DNA from: Octopus vulgaris | Taxonomy: Eukaryota | Assembly: GCA_951406725.2 (NCBI GenBank) | Contig: OX597839.1 | Location: 35,960,001-36,024,000, forward strand | Direction: 5' to 3' | Length of the DNA stretch: 64,000 nt | Shown: one piece after another, positions 27,932-40,219 of the stretch | Layout: each line of letters opens with the position of its first letter | How positions within the stretch are numbered: position 1 is the stretch's first letter | Position numbers and translations under genes: made by a program | The notes under the pieces: model-generated | What the model saw: only the letters and a program-made list of their open reading frames with translations | The model's database searches: none | Told to the model about the DNA's origin: nothing

Positions 27932-29697
27932 CTAAGTAAACTGATTCGTTGGAAAGAAAAGACGAATTTTTCACATCGTAAGATAATCTTGACCTCCAAC
28001 TTAACGTGGAGAATCTCTCATCAGGACTTGTGGTGCATAAAAGTCCTCGAAATTATATCGTTAATAGACGAGAACCGTCTACTTCGACTGCCAGAACTGC
28101 CAGGTCACGTGATTTCACCCTGCTATGGGTTCCTCAGTGGTTGATGTCCACAACGCTTAAAATTATATATACCTCCTCCCTTGTTTTGTGATTGGTAAAT
28201 GTTTTTGGAAAGAATAAAGGAAGACAGACGGGCAAGAATGTAGGCAGGCAGTAAGGAAGGGGGGCAGTGAGGAAGGAATGAGGAAAAGAAGAAGGAAGGA
28301 AGGAAGGGAGAGGGGAATTCTTTTCTTCACAGTAAAATAATTTAGTAAAAATCTGAACATCTTTACTGTTTACTAACGCACATAACATCATTAGTTTGGT
28401 ATGATCCTTCCGTTTCAATTATTGACCGCAGCACAAGACTGGTGACAGACACGAACTTACAAACCCACGATATACGTGTAAAATGTTTGTGTACTATATA
28501 GAGAGTGTAGCTTACCAGAAACACATTGTATACACACACATGACAACTATGCTCTCATATTACACACACAACGGACATTGCACACGCGCACTCACACATA
28601 GACACTCCATCTACATACAATTCCTTACGCATCTACATTAGACACATTCATATCACACATCGTAACATATTTACACACATCCTTACGTTTTGCTTTGCCA
28701 TAACAAACGTTGTTTTTCCACATATTGGCAACCGAACATGACATCAAGCTGCGAAATGAAATGAAAATTTCTCAGTTTGAATAGATACAAATAATAAACA
28801 ACAAAATTAATTCTTCTTCGCATATATGTTCGTTTCGGTGCATATGAAACATCTGTACAGCTTTGCTTCTATCTTTTTCTCTCTCTTTTTTTTTTAAGCT
28901 AGATTTATTTGGATAAAACTGCTGAAAGATAAGAATCCAATTCACTGAGCCATACCATTTGCCAATCACAAAACAGGAGGGGGTATATACGATTTTCAAA
29001 AATTAAAAATGATATTTAAAAAAAAGAAATTCAGTAAGCTACTTTTCCCGTCTGTTGTCGTCTGCCCAGTCAATCTGCCCGCGCCATTATCTTGTATGAA
29101 AATATACGTTTTCAGTCAAAAAGTAGCCACCGTTGTTAAATAGTATTATTCTTATATTTCCTTCTCCTACTCCAGATTATCTCATTGTGTCTGCTTATCT
29201 CACTTCATCGAAATAGCTTCCTTCTTTTCCAGTTAGTGCTAAATAAAACTTACACCCTATTTCTCCACATTTATACATTTCTTCCTTCCTTTCCCGTCTC
29301 CATCAACTATGTCATTCTTTTCTCTCATTCCATCCCCTCCTTTTATATTCTTTTACTTTTTCCTTCACTGTTTCCGTATTCTCCAAACCACTAACACCAC
29401 GGATTTGTTCCCTCGTCTATTCATCATGCCTTCATTTCTTGTCTTTATCTTTTTCCTCCATTAGCCTAGTTTTCGTGGATTCCTATAAATCCGGATCATA
29501 TCGCGCTGTCACTACAACTACTCCTATTACACTATAAATCTCTTTAACTTTCTTACTACGGCACCAATCATCCAAAATTCCTCTCATTTTTCCGCTCTTC
29601 TGCTTCCATTGTAATCCGAGTGGGTAGTGTTTTAAAGAAAAAGGTGAGCTAGATTTTAATACATGCAGCTGTGTTCATAAATATTTATTTACGTTAA

Positions 29698-29757
29698 TAG
29701 TGGTTAAGGTTCTGCGTTCTCATCGCAGCGGCCGGGGTTCGACTCCCCGCATGGGAA
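29698..29757 (+). pseudogene. 5'-truncated tRNA-Glu(CTC) pseudogene
   Basis: D-loop TAGTGGTT; anticodon stem CTGCG/CGCAG with loop TTCTCAT; T-arm CGGGG-TTCGACT-CCCCG; 3' acceptor strand CATGGGA-A; the complementary 5' acceptor strand (TCCCATG) is absent; followed by an A-run. Confidence 0.85.
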
Positions 29758-29773
29758 AAAAATAATCATTTTT

Positions 29774-29926
29774 AGGTACTGACGTGGGTGTGTAGTAAGA
29801 GCCTTGCTTTCCCAACCACATGGTTCTGGGGTTCAGTTTCACTGTGTGGCACCTTGGGCAAGTGTCTTCTACTATAACTCAGGGATGACCAAAGCTTTGC
29901 GAGTAGAACTAAAAGAAGTATGTCAC
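29774..29926 (+). mobile_element. SINE family A, 5' half
   Basis: Matches the family-A head and ends in (TA)n. Confidence 0.8.
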
Positions 29927-29991
<65 letters not shown>

Positions 29992-30538
29992 GTATACATA
30001 TACAAGCCATACATATCATGGCTAACCACATTACATAGGGGGTGTTACTGTAGCTTTATAGCCCCAAGAGATCTTCGTCTCTAGCTGGCTTTAGACACAA
30101 TATCTATGTCCTTGGAGTATTTTCAAAGGGAGGCCATCCCTTCCTCGCAAGCCTGAGTGATACGCTCGAACTAGTTTCGGGATTGTTGTCCCTCGTCAAC
30201 GGGCGGTAACCACCAGGTAGCGATGAAAGTGAAGGTTCCTTTGCAAATATATATAAGTTTTTCTAATGGCGTCTGCCACTGATGTATATATATATATATA
30301 TACACACATATACATATACATATATGTATATATCAAAGGAGGTATAACAGAAATTCTGTCTATGGCTGATGATATGAAACGCCAGCAATTTTTTCTTTTT
30401 CTCTTTTGTTTCTTTTTTATTTTTTTTTGTGAGAAATAATGCATTCGGAAGGGCTCAGACTACAGAAAACAAAACCGAAACTAGAGAGAAAAACAATAAA
30501 CTAAACAGTAAAACATTAAAATGACAAAGACTCTTTAC

Positions 30539-30689
30539 CGATATATTTCTTCTTCGTTCCGTCCATCGTCGGCCACAGTGGAGCTCAGGCGGACTTTAAC
30601 TCCGACGGCCATGTCACGGTTCTTCCGAATGCACGAAACGCATCCATCGACGTCGACCACATTCAGGGAGTCACATTCGCCGCCTTTTG
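30539..30689 (-). CDS. Internal coding exon of an amidohydrolase-superfamily, deacetylase Atu3266/EF0837-like (dihydroorotase-like) protein
   Basis: Acceptor ttttttttatttttag and donor CG|gtaaag; 151 bp open frame (A)KGGECDSLNVVDVDGCVSCIRKNRDMAVGVKVRLSSTVADDGRNEEEIY(R); GE..L...D...VG(V/I)KVR is the family motif; phase matches the upstream exon. Confidence 0.85.
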
Positions 30690-30793
30690 CTAAAAATAAA
30701 AAAAAACTCGTGCGTATATAGATAGATAGACAAATAGAGAGAGAGACAGACAGAGAGAGAGAGAGAGAGACAGAGACAGACAGACAGACAGAC

Positions 30794-30861
<68 letters not shown>

Positions 30862-30889
30862 TGAATGATAGATAGATAGACAGACAGAC

Positions 30890-30951
<62 letters not shown>

Positions 30952-30961
30952 GAAGACAGGG

Positions 30962-31032
<71 letters not shown>

Positions 31033-31056
31033 CAGATAGACCTATTGATAGATAGG

Positions 31057-31136
<80 letters not shown>

Positions 31137-31493
31137 GACAGACAGACAGACAGACAGATAGATATCTTTCAAGAGTCATTTACCACGATAGGACCTAATG
31201 GCTCAGTCTTGTAAGGAAACGACGAGAACTAGAATTCATTGTTATACCAATAAAATTTCTCTATACGAAACGTCTAACTTCGTAAAATATTTAATTCAGT
31301 TTAATTTATACCAAGTTATGCCGTGCTGATGATTCGAAAGAAGGATAAAATGAGGCTACGCAAGGCACCGATGGCTAGAAACTTTAAGAACTTTATATGT
31401 TCTGTACAGCTTTACTCTTTTATGTAAATTTCAAACTTTCAAATCTGCCTCAATTCAACTTAGCTAAAAGATTGTACCACTTGCCAAACTTAC

Positions 31494-31610
31494 CGCCAGC
31501 CGCACATCCGGAAGCAGCCAGTCCCTGTGCAGCAATATGGATGAAGCTTAAAACACGTGTGATTCGTTGTTCGGCCACATATTTCCGTAATCCGGCAAAG
31601 GTCGCAGCTC
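31494..31610 (-). CDS. Preceding coding exon of the same deacetylase-like amidohydrolase
   Basis: Acceptor tttctag and donor G|gtaagt; 117 bp, (G)AATFAGLRKYVAEQRITRVLSFIHIAAQGLAASGCAAG, matching the GAxTFxGxRxYV...TRVxxFxxI...GL segment that follows DAGS; the G+CA junction gives Ala in frame with the next exon. Confidence 0.87.
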
Positions 31611-31747
31611 CTAGAAAGAGGAAACGGAAGAAGAGGATAAAGACAACAGCAATACGCATTTAAAAACCGACGTAATAAGTAACCACACTAACACATATAT
31701 ATGTGTGTGTGTGTGTGTATAAATAGATATATGGATATATGTATATG

Positions 31748-31778
<31 letters not shown>

Positions 31779-32080
31779 ATAATATACCCGTGTTCAGGAA
31801 TAAAATTCCCGTGGACCATATATTTAACACTCTAAGTTATCCCTTAGTCGTCCACCAATATGCTCCAGACTATGACCGAAATCGGTCTCAAATTTTGGCT
31901 TGTTATTAAAAGAGAACGGATAAATTAGATAATGTTGTCCTTGATGTTAAAAAATATCAGGGTGATAGACATGTTTCGATCTATTTAGGACTCACCAGCC
32001 GAGTATATTCACCTCAGAATTAGAAGTAAATTGGCTGTGAGAGTTTGTGAATAATTGGGTCGTTGGCTTAGGACTTAGGT

Positions 32081-32357
32081 CTGTCATAAGCCCAAGGACT
32101 CATAAGGCCGAACTTAACTCGGTTTCCATAGCATATAAGTAAGTGAGGTTACAACTCTTTTCCCCTGGATGGGATGCTAGTCTGTCGCAAGGCTGACTTC
32201 CAGGCTAGTGAAGGAAGTCATTTTACAGCTGAGTAGACTGGAGCAATGTGAACTGAAGTGTTTTTGTTCATAAACACAACGTACCGCCCGGTCTAAGAAT
32301 CGAAACAGCAGTCTTAAGATCGTGATTGCAACACCCAAGCTACTACCCCACGCGCCT
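32081..32357 (-). mobile_element. Third, older tRNA-derived SINE (CORE/V-domain-like)
   Basis: Minus strand: GGCGCGTGG head, GTTTCGATTC B-box-like motif, TTGCTCCAGTCTACTCAGCTG, then CCTTGCGACAGACTAGCATCCCATCCAGGGG. Confidence 0.65.
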
Positions 32358-34309
32358 GCGCCTTCACTATGGCACTGAGACATTGAAAATAAATGAAGAA
32401 AGAAAAAAAGAAATAAAGAGATGTACTGGAAAGACTTCAAAGGAAGTTGGTAAAGCCAGAAGATCTAAACCATGTTAATCCTTATCCACTATTCTGTGTT
32501 TCACTTCTGGTGGATTACCTTCAAGATTAACTTATTAGATGCGAGATTAACACAGATTTGTTTCATAATAAGCTGGCCAGAGCTGTTAATGATACGTGAA
32601 TAAATCAACGCGTGTACATGATGTCTATGTATGAGTGAATAACCAAGTTTGTTCTGTTGTTAAGTGGTTACATTGTATGTGCTTAGGCATATGTGTGTGT
32701 GTGTGTGTTTGCATGTATGTGTGTGTGAGCGTGTGTGTATATGTGTGTGAATTCGTGTGTGTGAGTGCATATGTCTGCGTGTGTCTGATTCTGTCTGTGT
32801 AAATCCCTAGTTGTTTGTGTGTGTGTGTGTGTGAAATGTAAGATCAAACATTTCAGACAATCGATAATCTCGAATTATCCGCCCCTCTCGTAAAAAAAAT
32901 AATTGTCGCTAGTTGACTGTCTCGACCACCTTTCTTTTTACCTGGCCGCTATTGTAGTTTACATTTGCCGTTCAACAACAACGAAATGACTGGCTCCTTT
33001 GTTGTCGTCTGCCCCTTCCATTTATTTTCCTGGCGAAGTATTATTATCCTAAACAAAGCCAATAGTAAACTTCGGGGTATAGTCACCAAATAATTATCAT
33101 TATCGTTGTGTGTTATATTTTATCAATATATTCATATAGATAGACGGATGTGTACATGTGTGTGTGGGTGTATTTATGCATAAACTACCCTTGACATTTT
33201 CAATCGTTATTGCAACCACAATAACAACAACATCAGATGGACGAAAGGATGAAGAGCTTATGGAAAACGAACAAAGAAAAATCAAGTTTCTAAGAATATA
33301 TCAAAACAGTGGACTGAGCTGTGGCATTGGAACGTAAGCTAATATGTATTTAAAACGCAGGAATATTGGACAGTCTAACGCAAACTGTACTGACCCGGTC
33401 TATATTAGCATTTCTGTGCAACTAAACATTGTATGAAAATATAGCTTTGTGACATGACATGTTTGTCAAATCTAAGTGTTATTTGGATTTGTTTTTTTAC
33501 AACAAACACGAACACACAATCCAATAATGCTTTAACAGGTCAGTAAATCGAATAACTCTCTTTACTAAACATTTTATTTATTTATTCGTCTGTTTGTTTC
33601 AATCTTTTATCGTTATTTCTTTACTTCAAACGAAAACTAAAACCAAATTTGATTCATATTTATATATATATATATATATAAACAATGTTTTTAATACAAT
33701 CGCCATTTTGAATCAAGAACTGAATCAGTTATGTCTTGATTCTGTTCTTTCCAAAGATCCCAAAGATCCAAAGCTGTTTCTTGGAACACAAGAACTGTGC
33801 TTCAGTGTGGCCTTAGACTAGAACAATCTAAACAAACCAAAGAATATTCAGGAAACAAAAAACGAAAGCTACCGTCCTCTTTTTGGGATTCAACTTGCTC
33901 CAATATTTAGAAAAAGTAAAAAAGGGAATAACAAGGAGGCACATCGAAGAGATCGATCGACAAGCTAGAAATAACAGTTATGTGTGCCTTAAATCGTATT
34001 AAAGAACAGAAAGTAAAAAAGGAAACAAAGAACTTATTAGATAATGAATACCAAGATATGCAATAAGACGGGATAGTCACAGCTGGAACGTCTTTGGTCT
34101 TAGATCTAGTTCGACAGGATTGACCTTGGACTAAACAGCAATGACGATAGCAACTGCTACAACAACAACAGCAACAGCAACAGCAACAACAAGAACTGCG
34201 TGTGTTTTAGAGAATCTAATTTCTGATGTCAACAAACATTTGAAGAATATTTTGTGAAGACTCACGTCATCAAGAAATTTCCGGAAATGACTGTCTGGAA
34301 AGATTCAAA

Positions 34310-34892
34310 CAACAACAAAAACAACAACAACAACAACAAATTATGAATTATCTTCAGAGATTATCGAGCAACAACAATAACAACAGCAACAAGGCAGCCA
34401 CCGCCACCACCATAACAACAACAACAACAACAACAAACAACAGCTACAAGACCGACACCACCACCATCATCAAAAGCAACAACACCATCGCCGCCGCCAC
34501 CAACAACAACAACAACAACAACAACACCAACAACAACAACATCACCACCATCGCCGCCACCACCACCACCACCAACAACAACACCACCATCACCGCCACC
34601 ACCACCACCACCAACAATAACAACATCATCATCGCCACCACCACCAACAACAACAACAATAACGACAATAAGAACTCCTCCCCCGCCATTATCAATAACA
34701 ACAGCAATAGCAACAAGGCCGACACCACGATCGCCACCAACAATAACAATAACAACAGAAGCAACAACAACAACAACAACAACAACAACATCAACACCAC
34801 CACTACCTCCACCACCACAACAATAATAAACCAACAGCAAAAACATCAACATCAACAGCAACAACAATAATAAACCAACAGCAACGCTATCA

Positions 34893-34924
<32 letters not shown>

Positions 34925-35015
34925 CCAACAACAACAACACCACATCCAGTAATAACAGCAGCAACAACAACAACAACATCATCATCATCATCACCAGCAT
35001 CACCGACAACAATAA
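34310..35015. repeat. Degenerate (AAC)/(ACC) trinucleotide tract
   Basis: Direct reading; source of the poly-N/T and poly-V/G ORFs. Confidence 0.9.
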
Positions 35016-35434
35016 CACTTGGTCTATGAATCGCATCCTCGGATTACACACGATATCGTCCAAATGGATTATTAACTACTTTATGGTGTAACTACTTTGT
35101 CTGGATTAAACAGTCGTATTTCTTTGAACTGCTCCCAGCATTTTTAAATCTTCGCTGATATTGCCCTAAATTCTTCGATCAGGATATATACAACACTTGG
35201 CTTATTGTTTTATCATTGTTTTTATTATTATTATTATTTTTATTTTTGCTTTTCTTTCTCTCTCTCTCTCCTGTGCTAATGTTGAGATTTGGTTATCAAA
35301 CCAGAAGTGATTCACCCGAGTACCTTACTTATTGCATCCCTCACAATTTTAATCCCATTCAATAGAAGCCATCACTGAAACGTGTTTCAGTCCAAACGTC
35401 CACAGAACGAACGTGTTGTAGGACATAACATTGT

Positions 35435-35495
<61 letters not shown>

Positions 35496-35617
35496 TGCAC
35501 ACACACACACACATACACATACACAAATCCATTTTACATTTAGCTTGCTTGCATATTTTCTGTTTCTAATTATCCGTCTCTCTCTCCCTCCCTCTTCCTC
35601 ACCCTCTCTCTATCCAC

Positions 35618-35652
<35 letters not shown>

Positions 35653-36176
35653 GTTCCTGATTTTACTTCCACCACTCCCTCTGTTATCTCTCTATCAATC
35701 TATTTTCTCTCTCTCTCTCTCCTCTCTCTCTTTCTCGTTCTCCCCCTCTCGCTCTTGCCGTCTCATCCCTCCCTTTTTCCTCATCTTGTCTCCCTCTCTC
35801 TCCTCTCTTGCTTTCCTCTCACTCCTTTTTCATTACTCGCCTAAATTCTTTTTCTTTTTTCCATTTTTCTTTCTCCTCTCACTTTCCCTCATTCAAACCT
35901 TTTATCCTTTTCTCTTCACTTATTAATTTATTCCTCCATCTCTCTCCCTTCTTTTCTCTTTCTTTCTCTTACCTCCATTCTCTCTCTCTCTCTCTCTCTG
36001 TCTTTTGCTTCTCCCACTCCACTCCGTATTATACCTCCGCAAACTCCAGTTGATAAAACTGCAAAATAATTCAAATGCTTTAAACGGCCATCTTTGTCAA
36101 AGGACGACAACACACCGGAAGTGAGGTAGAAATCAAACAATCTTTGTAATCTGTGGAACAGCACAAACCCAGCAAA

Positions 36177-38711
36177 ATGTCCATGGACTTACCAGTTATC
36201 CACATCCGAAACAATCATATGACTGTCTGTCCGGCGAATAACGTAAACCCTTTAACTGGACACCGAACTGAAGACCTCCCGGTCACAGTTTCACCAAGAA
36301 CTGATAGACCGCTGACTGGACACCGTAGGAAACGTAAAGTTGAACGTCGGGCAACGATTGGCTGTCCCTTGACCGGTCATCGTAACAAATGCAGCGTCAT
36401 TACACAGGAAACCAATGAAAACGGTTTGCTTCGAGGAGACTCGAATCGTGAGAGTAAAATCAACGCCAGGCGTTCTCGTGCGGCGGCAAACGTTGAATCA
36501 ATCATAGAAACTGTGGCAGACGACAGCCTACCAAGAGACTCATTCTGTGCCTCGACTGATGATCAAAATTTAACAACGCCAGACAACAGACTTAACCGAC
36601 GCGTAGACAGTGTCCAGTCTTTGGACATTATCACTAATTTAGGGAACACGCCATTGGTAGAAAAAATCCGAGCGAAATCTGACCGTACTTTAGACTATCA
36701 GCGACCATCGATCAATTCTAGATTCAGCTTATGTTCAAGCGGAAGTTTTAGACACATCGAAAGTGTCACAGTTCGATGCCAACAGGAATCATTGGTAAAG
36801 CAATGCGTGAGTTCAAACGATGCGAATTCACACGGGGAAACAATCAATTCGAGTAAATCAATAGCCATGGAATCGATCCCTTCGCGTTCGCGTAGAGGCT
36901 CGATAAACGTTGAAAGAGGTGCCATTCCAGTTTTACTCAGAAAAGCTTCAACACCTATTAAAGAATATAATTCACCGTCGAGATATAGCGTTGAAAGTCT
37001 GGAACCGTTACCTCTTGAGTCGCTCTCTGTCGAATCGTTAGAACACCAACCACATTTCACATCAGTCGAACACAGTCCAAACAAAGCGTTTAAAGAAAAT
37101 ATGGAATCTTCCTTAATGCAAACTAAAGCAATCATTCGTAGTCTTAGTTGTCGGTTGAAGCAATCGCTACGGCGGTCAAAGAGCAACCTCGAAGGTTCGA
37201 TTGGTGCTAAATTCAAAGAAACTAAAGCTTCGTTGAACAGTATTAAACTGACGCCATCTTCAAGTCCAGCAAACAATTCCGATAACAAACGTTCTAAACT
37301 TTACTCGAATAGTTCTGCCGACAACATCTTCGAGAATTCTGTCGGTAATCAGTCTGAGAAACAATGGAGACGTTCTTTCTTGCGTTACCCAAAGGGCAAT
37401 TCTTCTCGAGATGCAAACCGAAAGACTTACTTTAACCTCCTGGCACCGAATAAACTTGCCAAAAATACAAGAAGCAGCGAAAATATTATAAAAGGGAAAG
37501 AAAATAACAAAAAACACATCCTTCATGCCAACAGCAATTTGGAACGTTCAAACATGAAGGAGCCGACTATTGTTTCATCGGTTACATGTTTGGAAGCATC
37601 TAGAAGGTCTTCTACAGTCAGTTGTGGCGATGAAATACAAGATGAATTGTACATCAGACATTCTAAATCTAAACTCAATGCACCTGAACTGACGATCAAA
37701 CGTCTGGAGGATAAACCAAGTGGAATGGGAACCAAAAGAGAAATGTCTCGCAGTGAAAAATTTTCACGATTAAAAATATCAGATTCCAACCAGGAAGACT
37801 CGAAACCAATGGGTGCAAGTAACGAAATGGTCTCTGATGATCGATCGGCAGTAAATTGTGAAGAGAATCAAAATCGGACAAAACCAATTTTGAAAGCAAA
37901 TCTTCAACGACAGAACCGAGTGTGGAAGCGTCCAACTAAGACGCGAACAATATCTGACAACGGAAGCGGAAGTTCTGATGATAATGAAAGCTCTGCAGCC
38001 ACGACGACGACAGCGACACCAACGATAACAGCACCAGATGTCACCACAGTAACTGCATCATCGCCCTTATCATCATCATCATCATCATCATCATCAACAA
38101 CTACAGTAACTACAACAACAACAACGAAAGCAGAAATATCAGCACTCGTTTGTCATTATTCGAACGATGAAATAAATTTGCAGACTCCTGAATGTTCCAG
38201 ATACTTGCTGCCGTCAGAGTGCGACGGACAACGGAAGTTAGAATTAAGAACGTTTATGCGGAAAGATTTACACAGCAGCGCAGACACCGTTGTACCGTCA
38301 TCAAATAGCTCTGAAAATGCGAGCAACTTAAATAGCAAGGGTAGAAACAACGGTTCGGTTACATTTCAGCCTCAATCAGCAGAAACGAATAGCAAGGAAG
38401 CAATGGTGAAATACGAAAACATATCGGTACCGACATCGGACCGTGACACATGCGAAGTGTCGACGTCGAAGCATCACCTGGCAGAAGATGGTTCGAACCA
38501 CACAAAACCTTCAGAACATCTTCAGCCGAATGTGGACAATGATAGAGCGGCAGTCGGAGAGGTTAACAAGAATGTAAATACAGCGGCGAAGACTCCTACA
38601 TTTGAGATGTTACTAAGAGAAATTGTGAATCACCATAATAATAATAATAACAACAACAACAACAATAAAAACAACAACAGCCGGAGTCAAAATTCAGCTG
38701 AGCCACCCTAA
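36177..38711 (+). CDS. 844-aa Ser/Asn/Thr-rich, probably disordered protein of unknown function (single large coding exon)
   Basis: 2.5-kb stop-free frame in non-repetitive DNA; first ATG at 36177 (A at -3) follows an in-frame TAA at 36147; polypyrimidine tract and CAG acceptor candidate at 36047-36049; PLTGHR three times with synonymous codon differences. Confidence 0.8.
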   Translation: MSMDLPVIHIRNNHMTVCPANNVNPLTGHRTEDLPVTVSPRTDRPLTGHRRKRKVERRATIGCPLTGHRNKCSVITQETNENGLLRGDSNRESKINARRSRAAANVESIIETVADDSLPRDSFCASTDDQNLTTPDNRLNRRVDSVQSLDIITNLGNTPLVEKIRAKSDRTLDYQRPSINSRFSLCSSGSFRHIESVTVRCQQESLVKQCVSSNDANSHGETINSSKSIAMESIPSRSRRGSINVERGAIPVLLRKASTPIKEYNSPSRYSVESLEPLPLESLSVESLEHQPHFTSVEHSPNKAFKENMESSLMQTKAIIRSLSCRLKQSLRRSKSNLEGSIGAKFKETKASLNSIKLTPSSSPANNSDNKRSKLYSNSSADNIFENSVGNQSEKQWRRSFLRYPKGNSSRDANRKTYFNLLAPNKLAKNTRSSENIIKGKENNKKHILHANSNLERSNMKEPTIVSSVTCLEASRRSSTVSCGDEIQDELYIRHSKSKLNAPELTIKRLEDKPSGMGTKREMSRSEKFSRLKISDSNQEDSKPMGASNEMVSDDRSAVNCEENQNRTKPILKANLQRQNRVWKRPTKTRTISDNGSGSSDDNESSAATTTTATPTITAPDVTTVTASSPLSSSSSSSSSTTTVTTTTTTKAEISALVCHYSNDEINLQTPECSRYLLPSECDGQRKLELRTFMRKDLHSSADTVVPSSNSSENASNLNSKGRNNGSVTFQPQSAETNSKEAMVKYENISVPTSDRDTCEVSTSKHHLAEDGSNHTKPSEHLQPNVDNDRAAVGEVNKNVNTAAKTPTFEMLLREIVNHHNNNNNNNNNNKNNNSRSQNSAEPP

Positions 38712-39682
38712 CATTACTAAGCCGTCGATTCGACATCACCATAAACGGGACGAGAGTTGCAAGACATTGAACATTACAAAGTTTAAAGATTGAGAAATCG
38801 GGGTCGGTAAAAAATGAAGGACAAATTGAAATGGATGTATTAGTAAGCGGTCTGATGCGAAATATAAGTGTGAATACCTCTTTGTGTGAGAATATACTTG
38901 TATGGATGTGTCCGTGTGTGCGCGTGCGTATGTCGTAAATGTACGCCAATTTGTAAGTATATCTATGTGGTCACGTGCAATCTAAATGTAAATATAGTTT
39001 GCTTTAAAACACATGTATTTCCTGTAACAGTTATACACACATATACAGACAAATACAGACAAATACACAGACACATACAAATACATATACATACACAAAC
39101 ATGTACATTTATATATATATATATATATCGTTGCTATTACGTTAAACTGTCGTATGTCCAAATTTAGGCAAATACGTTTTGGCAATAGCTGGTTCTTTTT
39201 GTCAAACTATCGTATCTCCAGCTGCTTCAGATGCCAAGATATCAAAAATTGTCAAAGTATAGTACAACAGTTTTGCCATAAAATTCCTGCAAAAGTTCAA
39301 TTTGACAACTCCACTAGAGTGGACGAAAGCGCTAATTTATGATATATGATTTATAAAAACATGTAACATACTAATAAATATCTGTAAATATAAAACCATC
39401 CAGATTTCTGAGTATCTCATTTCTTCTAATATATATATATATATACACACACACAAAGAAAACGAAAAATATACAAATAGAATGATAAATTTTAAATTCT
39501 TTGTCCAATCAAATTTATAATATTTATATTGCCTACGCAGCGTTTCAGCTAATTGCTTTCTTTCATATTTACACATTTAAAGTGTATTATGAAGTTCAAG
39601 AAAAGCAAAAATCCTCATCAGGGCATGATTGACTGTTATTTTTCACATCCTAACGAGTGGAGAGTTTATTTCCATACGGACT

Positions 39683-39743
<61 letters not shown>

Positions 39744-39864
39744 ACATATATATATGTGTGTGTGTATTGTGTGTGCATATATATCTGTGTATATATATGT
39801 ATGTGTGTATGTATATATATATGTATATGTATGTAAATATATATGTATGATTTGTATATATATG

Positions 39865-39929
<65 letters not shown>

Positions 39930-40121
39930 GTATGTATATATATATATATTTCATTTTTGTATTTGGTTTGCTAGATACTTTATGTGAATTCGTGTGTTGA
40001 AGCATATTTGGGGTTCAGTCCCACGGCGGGGCATTCTTGGGCAAGTGTCTTCTATTATAGCTTCGGGCCGATTAAAGGCTTGTGAATGGATTTGGTCGCG
40101 GAAACTGAAAGAAGTGCATCG

Positions 40122-40168
<47 letters not shown>

Positions 40169-40188
40169 TATCCAAAGTTCAAATAGTT

Positions 40189-40219
<31 letters not shown>

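Noticed and set aside
30061-30220. Possible HDV-like ribozyme (TCCTCGC loop)
   Set aside because: P2/P3 register cannot be closed and the catalytic C position is not satisfied.
37137-37190. RSLSCRLKQSLRRSKS resembling the SynGAP/DAB2IP N-terminal RRLKGSIKRTKS segment
   Set aside because: Too short and low-complexity; no PH, C2 or RasGAP sequence follows and the frame ends in a stop.
36698-38949. Minus-strand ORFs overlapping the 844-aa ORF
   Set aside because: Antisense shadows of a real coding frame.
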